From Gaiellaceae bacterium (GTDB lineage: Bacteria; Actinomycetota; Thermoleophilia; Gaiellales; Gaiellaceae), in the NCBI GenBank assembly GCA_050011315.1, contig JBEKJI010000026.1, positions 12,991-36,990 on the forward strand: a stretch of DNA of 24,000 bases. Direction: 5' to 3'. The number at the start of each line of letters is the position of its first letter. The first letter of the stretch is position 1. The position numbers and the translations under genes are program-made. Under the pieces are notes generated by a model. That model made no database searches, had not been told where the DNA came from, and worked only from the letters and a program-made list of their open reading frames with translations. Of the stretch, positions 7,906-14,388 are shown in pieces.

Positions 7906-8045
7906 CAGGAGATGCTCGGCCACGCCGACCTCTCCACTCCGAGCTCTACACCCACGTCTCCGACCAGCGCCGGCGCGAGACCTACTTCCGCGCCCACCCG
8001 CACGCACGGCGCAGGTCCGCGCCTGCGGCCAAGAAAGTCCACTAG
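7906..8045 (+). pseudogene. Displaced duplicate of the xerD 3' end (frameshifted, no 5' part)
   Basis: 7906-8045 matches 7645-7776. The first ~106 nt differ by only 3 substitutions plus one cac->tc change that removes 1 nt. The tails diverge with 3-nt indels, and both end in cactag. With the 1-nt loss corrected, it would read ..EMLGHADLST.ELYTHVSDQRRRETYFRAHPHARRRSAPAAKKVH*. Confidence 0.75.
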
Positions 8046-8055
8046 CGATCGGTCC

Positions 8056-8592
8056 TTAACGGCGGGGGCCGCGTGAGCTGGCCTTGCGTTTGAGCGAGGC
8101 GACGACGGTGCGGGCGGCAACGCGCAGGTTCTCGTCCTGAGAGTCGTCGTCGGCCATGCCGGCCAGCATCCCGAGCGTGTCGGGCTGCGCGGAGCCGTTG
8201 CGCAGGCAGAGGATGGCGAGCCGGCGAACGGCGCTGTTCGAGTCCCGGCTGGCAAGTATGTGCAGGTTGGAGCGAACGGAGTTGACCGCTCCGGGATGCT
8301 CGCGCGAGAGCAGCTCCAGCGAGACCAGCGCCGAGCCGCGGCAGGCCGGACTCTCGTCGTCGAAGCCGCGCTTCAAGAGCTCCAGCTTCTGGCGGAAGCG
8401 GAACTGGCCCACGGCCTTGTAGGCGACCGCTCGCTCGCGGAAGTCGGCGTCGCGCGCCGCCGCCTCGATCTCTTCGTCCCACTCGCTGCGTATCTGCGCC
8501 AGCTCGCGCTCGGCTCCGCGCATGGCCAGCCCGTCCGCCTCGGTCGCTGCCTGGGCAAGCGTCATCGGCTTCTCTCCTCCCGTTTCACTCAT
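8056..8592 (-). CDS. HEAT-repeat domain protein (function unknown)
   Basis: Three HEAT-like units (DESPACRGSALVSLELL, DSNSAVRRLAILCLRNG, DSQDENLRVAARTVV). Its ATG (8592-8590) overlaps the citrate synthase TGA (8591-8589) as ATGA. Confidence 0.6.
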   Translation of the reverse strand: MSETGGEKPMTLAQAATEADGLAMRGAERELAQIRSEWDEEIEAAARDADFRERAVAYKAVGQFRFRQKLELLKRGFDDESPACRGSALVSLELLSREHPGAVNSVRSNLHILASRDSNSAVRRLAILCLRNGSAQPDTLGMLAGMADDDSQDENLRVAARTVVASLKRKASSRGPRR

Positions 8593-9734
8593 GCCGTCTG
8601 GCCGGCCCTTCGACTGGCGACCGGGAACTCGCGCGGGGCTGGCCCCGTGTAGTTGATGGTGGGCCTGATGATCCTGTTGTCGAGGTGCTGCTCGATCACG
8701 TGGGCCGCCCAGCCGACCACACGGTTGGCGGCAAACAGCGCCGTCAGCAGGTCGATCGGGAAGCCGAGGTAGTAGAGCACCGAGGCCGAGTAGAGGTCGA
8801 CGTTCGGCACCAGGCCCTTACGCTCGAAGACACGGCGCTCCATGCGCTCGGTCATTGCGAACCAGTTCGGCTCGTCCGGCTCGGCGCGCTCGAAGACCTT
8901 GCGCCCGATCTCCTTGAGCACGATCGCGCGCGGATCGGTGACCTCCTTGTAGATCGCGTGCCCGAAGCCCGGAATCTTCTTTCCCCGGTCGAGCATGTCG
9001 TCGACCCAGGCATCGACCTTCTCCTCGGAACCGATCCGCTTCAGCGTCGCCATCACCCACTCGTTGGCGCCGCCGTGCAGGGGGCCCTTGAGAGCAGCGA
9101 TCGCACCGACGATGGCCGAGTGCATGTCGGTGCAGGTGGCGGCGATCACGCGCGCGGCGAAGGTCGAAGCGTTCATCTCGTGATCGGCATGGAGGATCGA
9201 AACGGCGTCGAGGACGCGCGCGTCTTCTTCGCTCGGCAACTCGCCGCGCAGCATCCAGAGGAAGTTGGCCGCGTAGTCGAGCTCCGGATCGGGCCCGACC
9301 GGCTCGAGACCGTAGTAGCGACGGCGGTAGCGCGCCATCACCGTCGGTAGCTGCGAGATCAGTCGTACCGCCTTGCGCTGGTTGGCCTCCGGCTCGTTCG
9401 AGGCCTTGTCGGGATCGGAGAAGGAGAGCGCCGAGCCCATCGAGCGCATCGCCTCCATCGGTCGCGCGTAGCGCGCCGAGTCGTCCACGACCGCCTCGAC
9501 CTCGGTCGGAATCGAGCGGGCGGCGAGCAGCTCCTCCTTGAAGGCCGCCAGCTGCTCGCTGCCCGGAAGCTCCCCGTGCAAGAGCAGGTGGCAGACCTCC
9601 TCGAAGGTCGAGTTGTGAACGAGATCAACGACGTCGTAGCCGCGGTAGCGCAGGATTCCCTGCACACCATCGATCGAGGTGATGCTCGAATCGACGGCTA
9701 CGACTCCTCTGAGTCCTTTTTCACTCTCAGGCAT
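8589..9734 (-). CDS. gltA: Citrate synthase / 2-methylcitrate synthase family (381 aa, small type)
   Basis: MPESEKGLRGVVAVDSSITSIDG..GILRYRGY, LHADHEMNAST, GFGHAIYK, and a conserved C-terminus. The 652-aa ORF in the track is this gene plus a spurious N-terminal extension antisense to icd. The real ATG is at 9734-9732. Confidence 0.9.
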   Translation of the reverse strand: MPESEKGLRGVVAVDSSITSIDGVQGILRYRGYDVVDLVHNSTFEEVCHLLLHGELPGSEQLAAFKEELLAARSIPTEVEAVVDDSARYARPMEAMRSMGSALSFSDPDKASNEPEANQRKAVRLISQLPTVMARYRRRYYGLEPVGPDPELDYAANFLWMLRGELPSEEDARVLDAVSILHADHEMNASTFAARVIAATCTDMHSAIVGAIAALKGPLHGGANEWVMATLKRIGSEEKVDAWVDDMLDRGKKIPGFGHAIYKEVTDPRAIVLKEIGRKVFERAEPDEPNWFAMTERMERRVFERKGLVPNVDLYSASVLYYLGFPIDLLTALFAANRVVGWAAHVIEQHLDNRIIRPTINYTGPAPREFPVASRRAGQTA

Positions 9735-9741
9735 TGGTTGC

Positions 9742-9747
9742 ACTGTA
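9742..9747 (-). promoter_or_regulatory. Candidate -10 (TACAGT on the minus strand) 7 nt upstream of the citrate synthase ATG; implies a leaderless mRNA
   Basis: The TANNNT hexamer and its spacing were read from the sequence. No SD is present. Confidence 0.3.
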
Positions 9748-9841
9748 CCCCACGCTTCGAGCCGGGAGCCAACCGGCATTGCGCAGGGGCGCCGGCGCCG
9801 GCAGGCGCCGCTACGACCGCACGCAACCCGGCCGTCATCCG

Positions 9842-9847
9842 TAGAAT
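9842..9847 (+). promoter_or_regulatory. Candidate -10 (TAGAAT) 10 nt upstream of the icd ATG; implies a very short or absent leader
   Basis: Hexamer read from the sequence. There is no convincing -35 and no SD. Confidence 0.3.
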
Positions 9848-9857
9848 CGCGCCCACG

Positions 9858-10937
9858 ATGACGCACCAGGTGACTCTGATCCCGGGCGACGGCACCGGCC
9901 CCGAGCTGACCGAGGCGACCAGACGCGTACTCGAGGCGACCGGTGTCGCCTTCGAGTGGGAGGTCGTCGAGGCAGGTGCCGACGTGATGGAGCGCTACGA
10001 CGGTAATCCTCTTCCCGAACAGGTTCTGGACTCGATTCGACGCACCGGCGTCGCTCTCAAGGGTCCGATCACGACGCCCGTCGGCGGCGGCTTCCGCTCG
10101 GTCAACGTCGGCCTGCGCAAGGCGCTCGACCTCTACGGCCAGGTGCGCCCCTGCAAAAGCTACGAGGGTGTGCGCAGCCGCTTCGACAACGTCGACCTGA
10201 TCATCATCCGCGAGAACACCGAGGACCTCTACGCCGGGATCGAATACGAGCAGGGAACGCCCGAGGCCGAGGAGCTGATCGCCTGGATCGAGTCCAAGGG
10301 CGGAGTTCTGCGCCACCGCGACGCCGGCATCTCGATTAAACCGATCTCGATCAGCGGCACGCGCCGGATCGTCCAGTTCGCCTTCGACCACGCGCGCTCC
10401 AACGGCCGGCGCAAGGTAACCGCGGTGCACAAGGCCAACATCATGAAGTTCTCCGACGGGCTCTACCTGCGCGTCGCGCGCGAGGTGGCGGCCGAGAACT
10501 CCGACATCGCCTTCGACGACCGCATCGTCGACAACATGTGCATGCAACTCGTGCAGCGGCCCGACGAGTACGACGTGCTGGTGCTACCGAACCTCTACGG
10601 CGACGTCCTCTCCGACCTCTGCGCAGGGATGATCGGCGGGCTCGGGATGGCGCCGGGCGCCAACTTCGGTGAGGGCATCGCGGTCTTCGAGCCCACCCAC
10701 GGCTCGGCACCCAAGTACACCGGCCAGAACAAGGTCAACCCGATGGCGCAGATGCTCTCCGGAATGCTGATGCTCAAGCACCTGGGTGAGAATGAGGCGG
10801 CGGGCCGGCTCGAGGACGCGATCGCCGCGGTGATCCGCGAGGGAAAGTCGCTCACCTACGACATGAAGCCGACGCGAGACGACCCGACCGCGGTCGGCAC
10901 CAGCGAGGTCGCGGACGCGATCATCGCCAAACTCTGA
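9858..10937 (+). CDS. icd: Isocitrate dehydrogenase (isocitrate/isopropylmalate dehydrogenase family, ~360-aa NAD-IDH-like type)
   Basis: MTHQVTLIPGDGTGPE, GGGFRSVNVGLRKALDLYGQVRPC (the IDH-type S-x-N-V-x-L-R), IIRENTEDLYAG, NLYGDVLSDL, GSAPKYTG. The track ORF from 9576 includes a spurious upstream extension. Confidence 0.85.
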   Translation: MTHQVTLIPGDGTGPELTEATRRVLEATGVAFEWEVVEAGADVMERYDGNPLPEQVLDSIRRTGVALKGPITTPVGGGFRSVNVGLRKALDLYGQVRPCKSYEGVRSRFDNVDLIIIRENTEDLYAGIEYEQGTPEAEELIAWIESKGGVLRHRDAGISIKPISISGTRRIVQFAFDHARSNGRRKVTAVHKANIMKFSDGLYLRVAREVAAENSDIAFDDRIVDNMCMQLVQRPDEYDVLVLPNLYGDVLSDLCAGMIGGLGMAPGANFGEGIAVFEPTHGSAPKYTGQNKVNPMAQMLSGMLMLKHLGENEAAGRLEDAIAAVIREGKSLTYDMKPTRDDPTAVGTSEVADAIIAKL

Positions 10938-11028
10938 GAGGCGCCGGCGGCGACGGAAAAGCTGCACATTCCTCCGTCAGGCGTTAACGTCACAGCCAAC
11001 CATTCGGAGTCGATCTGGGAGGCGCGAT

Positions 11029-11349
11029 ATGGATTTCCATTGGGAGACGATCACAGGGGTCAATCTGATATTGAGTGCCGTGATTCTGGCTCTCGGTCTG
11101 GTCGGCTACGGGCTGTCCAGGAAAATCGCCTCGCTCTACATAGGGCTGGCGTTCGGCCTCTTCGGGTTTTCCCACCTGGCAACGCTGATGGGGAAAAAGG
11201 ACTCGTGGGAATACGAGCTGGTCGCGGTCAGGTCGGTGGGATATCTGCTGGTGGCGCTCGCGCTGTACAGGGTGGTCGTCGCCGTCAAGAAGGAAGCTGC
11301 CAAACCAGCCCGCAGCCCGGCGCGGGCACGCCCCCGTAAATCGGGTTGA
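11029..11349 (+). CDS. Small hypothetical membrane protein (3 predicted TM helices, basic tail)
   Basis: GGGAGG lies 6-7 nt upstream of the ATG. There are three hydrophobic ~20-aa segments and locally lower GC. I recognise no family. Confidence 0.6.
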   Translation: MDFHWETITGVNLILSAVILALGLVGYGLSRKIASLYIGLAFGLFGFSHLATLMGKKDSWEYELVAVRSVGYLLVALALYRVVVAVKKEAAKPARSPARARPRKSG

Positions 11350-11720
11350 AAGGAAACGGCGATAAAGCCCTGACCATCGAGACGCTCGATAACCGCTTCC
11401 GCGAACGGCCCTACGAGGTCGAGCTAGAGGCGCTCGAGTTCACCTCGCTCTGCCCGCTCACCGGCGCCCCCGACTTCGGTGTCCTCGTCATCCGCTACGT
11501 GCCGGACGCCTCCCTGCTCGAGCTGAAGTCGCTCAGGGACTACCTGACCTCGTTCCGCGAGCGCAAGATCCTCCAGGAGGAGGTCGTCAACGCCGTGCTG
11601 GACGAGATCGTCCGCTCGTCGTCCCCGCGCTTCGCCGAGGTCGAAGGCATCTTCAACGTTCGTGGCGGAATCGAGGCGCGAGTAAGGGCCCAGATGGGAG
11701 AGAATCCCCTCGATGATTAG
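11346..11720 (+). CDS. queF: NADPH-dependent 7-cyano-7-deazaguanine (preQ0) reductase, unimodular type
   Basis: EFTSLCPLTGAPDF (catalytic Cys) and ELKSLRDYL (QueF motif). The TTG start at 11346 overlaps the upstream TGA as TTGA. Confidence 0.85.
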   Translation: MKGNGDKALTIETLDNRFRERPYEVELEALEFTSLCPLTGAPDFGVLVIRYVPDASLLELKSLRDYLTSFRERKILQEEVVNAVLDEIVRSSSPRFAEVEGIFNVRGGIEARVRAQMGENPLDD

Positions 11721-11775
11721 AGCTCGTTTCGAAACGAAGCGCTCCGCCGGCTGGGCCGTCATTTGAAACGAGCTC
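11720..11775 (+). repeat. Copy D: short module of the intergenic element, with an 11-bp inverted repeat and a 12-bp palindrome
   Basis: gagctcgtttc (11720-11730) is the exact reverse complement of gaaacgagctc (11765-11775). CGTTTCGAAACG lies at 11725-11736. gaaacgaagcgctccgccg (11731-11749) matches the motif found in copies A and B. Confidence 0.65.
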
Positions 11776-12518
11776 CCAAGACCGATCTGAGAGGTAGGAC
11801 GGCGATCGTCTGCGGCGCCTCCTCGGGCATCGGCCTTGCGATCGCCGAGGAGCTCGACGAGGCGGGTGCCAACGTCTCGATGTTCGCCCGGCGCCGGCTG
11901 CTACTGGAGAAAGAGGCCGACCGCATCGGCGCGTTGGCCGTGCAGGGCGACCTGACCAGCCCGCGTGACCTGCGCAACCTGGTCGAGCGCACGGTCGGCA
12001 CCTTCGGCGGCATCGACATCCTCGTTAACAACGGTGGCGGCCCGCCGGCCGGGCCGGCGCTCGAGATCGACGACGAGTCGCTCGAGGACGCGGTCACGCT
12101 GCTGCTCTTCTCCGCTGTCCGGCTGACCAACCTCTGCCTGCCCCACCTACGAGGTAGCAAGGCGGGGCGGATCATCAACATCAGCTCGAGCGCCGTCCGC
12201 GAGCCGATCGACAACCTCGCCCTCTCGAATGCCGTCCGCCCCGGTCTCGTCGGCTGGGCCAAGACGCTGTCCCACGAGCTCGGTCCGCAGGGAATCACCG
12301 TCAACTCGATCGCGCCCGGACGGATCGCAACCGGGCGCCTCGAGGAGCTCTACAAGACGCGCTCACGCGACGACGACCTGGCGCAGATCCCGCTCGGTCG
12401 CTTCGGCGATCCGCACGAAGTTGCCGCCGTCGTGGCCTTTCTCGCCTCCGACGCGGCCAGCTACGTCACCGGCACGCTGATCCCGGTCGACGGCGGCGCG
12501 AGCAGAGGATTGCTCTAG
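11763..12518 (+). CDS. Short-chain dehydrogenase/reductase (FabG-like SDR)
   Basis: GRTAIVCGASSGIGLAIA (TGxxxGIG), NNGGG, SSSAV...SNAVRPGLVGWAKTLSHEL, ITVNSIAPGRI. The TTG start at 11763 is the only start upstream of the Rossmann motif. Confidence 0.85.
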   Translation: MKRAPKTDLRGRTAIVCGASSGIGLAIAEELDEAGANVSMFARRRLLLEKEADRIGALAVQGDLTSPRDLRNLVERTVGTFGGIDILVNNGGGPPAGPALEIDDESLEDAVTLLLFSAVRLTNLCLPHLRGSKAGRIINISSSAVREPIDNLALSNAVRPGLVGWAKTLSHELGPQGITVNSIAPGRIATGRLEELYKTRSRDDDLAQIPLGRFGDPHEVAAVVAFLASDAASYVTGTLIPVDGGASRGLL

Positions 12519-12535
12519 CCGGCACACGAGCCGGC
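12518..12535 (+). other. GC hairpin gccggc-acacga-gccggc overlapping the SDR stop codon
   Basis: 6-bp stem and 6-nt loop, with no U tract. It resembles hairpin H1 of the repeat element (cggc-acgaa-gccg). Confidence 0.3.
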
Positions 12536-12540
12536 GCCTG

Positions 12541-12546
12541 TATGCT
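12541..12546 (+). promoter_or_regulatory. Candidate -10 (TATGCT) 5 nt before GTG 12552 and 8 nt before ATG 12555; implies a leaderless start for the peptidase gene
   Basis: The TANNNT hexamer and its spacing were read from the sequence. Confidence 0.3.
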
Positions 12547-12551
12547 CGCCG

Positions 12552-13565
12552 GTGATGTCCGTTCGCTCGGCCCTGTCGGCTCTCGCGGCGCTGACCGGTG
12601 TGGTTTTCGTCGCTCTCTGCCTGTACGCGTTCATCTCGCCTTCGAGCTCGTACCTACTGCTTCCGGACAGCCCGCACCCGCTCGCTCCCCTCGTAGAGGT
12701 GAAGGGAGGGCACGACAACGGTCAGGGCGGCTTCTATTTCGTGGACGTGATCGAGCGGCGAGCGACGCTGGCGGAGCGCTACGTGTCCTTCCTGCGCGAC
12801 GGCGGCAAGCTCGTGTCGCATCACGATGTAGTGCCCGACAACCTCAACGAACGCGAGAGCGCGCGGCTGGACACCGCCGCCATGGTCCGCTCGAAGACAT
12901 TCGCCGAAGCGGTAGCACTCAAGTACCTCGGCTATCAGGTCGTCATCCATCCGTCGGGAATGCGGATCGAGCAGACCGCCGAGGGCTCACCGGCGGCCGC
13001 CAAGCTGCTCCCCGGCGATGTGATCGTGGCCGTTGACGGGAAGGCGGCCCTGACCGAATCGCGTTTGCGCGCTCTCATCGACCGGCACCGGGTCGGCCAG
13101 ACGGTCGAGCTCACCATCGTCCGCGTCGGCCGGAGACAGAAGCTGGCGATTCAAACCTACGCTCTGCGCTCGCGCCCGCGCGTGCCGATGATCGGCGTCT
13201 TCCTCACGCAGGCGGCGAGCATCAAGCTCCCGATAAAGGTCGAGATCAACGCCGGTAGTGTCGTCGGGCCGTCGGCCGGGCTCGCCTTCGCGCTCGAGCT
13301 CGCCGAGAAGCTCGACGGCAACGCCGATCGCGGATACCGGGTTGCGGCGACTGGCGAGCTCGCCCTCGACGGCAGCGTGGAGTCGATCGGAGGAGTCGAA
13401 CAGAAGGTGATCGGCGCGAGACGTGCCGGAATCGAGATCATGCTCGTGCCAGCTGGGGATAACGCGACCGAGGCCCGGCGTTACGCAGGGGATATGAAGA
13501 TCATCGCGGTCACCAGTTTTCAACAGGCGTTGCGTACCCTGGCAACGCTACCGCCTCGCAAGTAG
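12552..13565 (+). CDS. PDZ domain-containing S16 (Lon C-terminal proteolytic domain) peptidase, YlbL-like, with an N-terminal TM anchor
   Basis: N-terminal hydrophobic helix. PDZ-like GSPAAAKLLPGDVIVAVDG. Lon-type GPSAGLAFALEL (Ser) and GGVEQKVIGARRAG (Lys). The start may be ATG 12555. Confidence 0.8.
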   Translation: MMSVRSALSALAALTGVVFVALCLYAFISPSSSYLLLPDSPHPLAPLVEVKGGHDNGQGGFYFVDVIERRATLAERYVSFLRDGGKLVSHHDVVPDNLNERESARLDTAAMVRSKTFAEAVALKYLGYQVVIHPSGMRIEQTAEGSPAAAKLLPGDVIVAVDGKAALTESRLRALIDRHRVGQTVELTIVRVGRRQKLAIQTYALRSRPRVPMIGVFLTQAASIKLPIKVEINAGSVVGPSAGLAFALELAEKLDGNADRGYRVAATGELALDGSVESIGGVEQKVIGARRAGIEIMLVPAGDNATEARRYAGDMKIIAVTSFQQALRTLATLPPRK

Positions 13566-13590
13566 TTTTCGGTAGTTTCCGGTAAATCCG
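13562..13590 (+). repeat. Three tandem ~10-bp imperfect direct repeats: GTAGTTTTCG / GTAGTTTCCG / GTAAATCCG
   Basis: Read directly from the sequence. They overlap the peptidase stop codon and sit ~40 nt upstream of the candidate -35 of the next gene. Confidence 0.5.
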
Positions 13591-13596
13591 AAACTC

Positions 13597-13616
13597 CCGC
13601 AATTTGCGGCCTTTTT
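13597..13616 (+). terminator. Weak intrinsic terminator candidate: ccgca-att-tgcgg followed by ccTTTTT
   Basis: 5-bp stem, 3-nt loop and a T5 run, downstream of the peptidase gene. Confidence 0.35.
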
Positions 13617-13630
13617 CTCCGCCGTAACCC

Positions 13631-13658
13631 TTGTCTCTTGCGGACAAGCCCTTATCAT
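13631..13658 (+). promoter_or_regulatory. Candidate sigma70-type promoter: TTGTCT, 16-nt spacer, TATCAT
   Basis: The hexamers were read from an AT-richer intergenic stretch ~45 nt upstream of ATG 13703. Confidence 0.35.
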
Positions 13659-13702
13659 CCAGGCTTGTACCTGGGTAGTCGCCACCAGAGCAAAAGGGGA
13701 GC

Positions 13703-13891
13703 ATGAGCAATAACGTCAAAGTAACTTGCAGCGACTGCTATTTCCACGGAGCAGGGCTTTGTGCGCTCCGCTGCGAAGAGCCTTGCCCCACCTTCCGAGC
13801 CAGCATCCAGGGATCGCGGATTTCTCCCCACCCATCCCGTCTCGTCACCCGTCCGCTCGCGGAGTTGGCGCACGAGCACGTGGTCGTCTGA
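13703..13891 (+). CDS. Small Cys-rich hypothetical protein (62 aa; C-x2-C-x7-C-x3-C-x3-C in the first 28 residues)
   Basis: A strong SD (aaGGGGAg) lies 3-4 nt upstream of the ATG. Sequence: MSNNVKVTCSDCYFHGAGLCALRCEEPCPTFR... I cannot name a family with confidence. Confidence 0.6.
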   Translation: MSNNVKVTCSDCYFHGAGLCALRCEEPCPTFRASIQGSRISPHPSRLVTRPLAELAHEHVVV

Positions 13892-13997
13892 GAAGCGCGC
13901 AGACACAGAGCGCAGTTCTCTCCACGAGACCGACCGGTCGGTGGACGCCCTAGGCGCGCACGTTCCATCGGCTCGATCACGTACTAAACTCCCGCCT

Positions 13998-14342
13998 ATG
14001 AACGAGAACGAGCCCAAGCAAGCGCCGGAGCCCCTCGACAAGGCCGCCGAGAAGAGGAAGCACGGGGCCGAGTTCGAGGAGACCTGGCAACCACAACTGT
14101 GGTCGAAGATCATCCTCCTAGTCCTGCTCGTTGGCTACGGGATAGCGCTCGTAGTGGCCAACAGCGCCAAGGTCAAGATCTCCTTCCTAGTCACCTCGAT
14201 CAAGGTCTCGGAGATCTGGCTGATCCTCCTCTGCTTCGTGATCGGTCTGGCGAGCGGCGTGCTCGTCTCGCAGATGTACCGGCACCGCAAGGTCGAGCGC
14301 GCTCGCTTGAAGCAACAAGCCGAACAGGCGCAGAAGCAGTAG
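13998..14342 (+). CDS. LapA-domain (DUF1049-like) small membrane protein
   Basis: Two TM helices (WSKIILLVLLVGYGIALVV, IWLILLCFVIGLASGVLV) followed by a basic, Gln-rich tail. The track ORF from 13761 overlaps the previous gene, and ATG 13998 is the plausible start. No SD is present. Confidence 0.6.
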   Translation: MNENEPKQAPEPLDKAAEKRKHGAEFEETWQPQLWSKIILLVLLVGYGIALVVANSAKVKISFLVTSIKVSEIWLILLCFVIGLASGVLVSQMYRHRKVERARLKQQAEQAQKQ

Positions 14343-14357
14343 GTAACCGGAGAGAAG

Positions 14358-14376
14358 GAGCGGCTCGCGGCCGCTC
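14358..14376. terminator. GC hairpin gagcggc-tcgcg-gccgctc between convergent genes
   Basis: 7-bp perfect stem and 5-nt loop, with no U tract on either strand. Confidence 0.35.
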
Positions 14377-14388
14377 GCCCCGCCCGGG

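Noticed and set aside
6866-8042. The shared 9-mer agaaagtcc at 6868-6876 and 8032-8040 (an RNase P P4-like GAAAGUCC word).
   Set aside because: This is a single short word with no surrounding RNase P structure. It is compatible with chance in 24 kb.
5571-8055. A dif site, or an IMEX-type integration at dif, near the Xer genes.
   Set aside because: I found no AT-rich 28-bp XerC/XerD-type site (ATAA-N6-TTAT core) anywhere in or around the recombinase genes.
9576-9857. The upstream extension of the icd ORF (track start 9576).
   Set aside because: It overlaps the citrate synthase 5' end and the promoter region. IDH homology starts at MTHQVTLIPGDGTGPE (ATG 9858).
9735-10547. The N-terminal 271 codons of the 652-aa minus-strand ORF (8589..10547).
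   Set aside because: This part is antisense to icd, has no recognisable motifs and has GC-artefact composition. The citrate synthase homology begins at MPESEKG (ATG 9734).
10938-11028. A possible preQ1 riboswitch upstream of the membrane-protein/queF pair.
   Set aside because: There is no preQ1-I-like core (no A-rich AAAAAACUA tail or matching small pseudoknot stem). Only a generic hairpin, gacgga-N15-tccgtc, is present.
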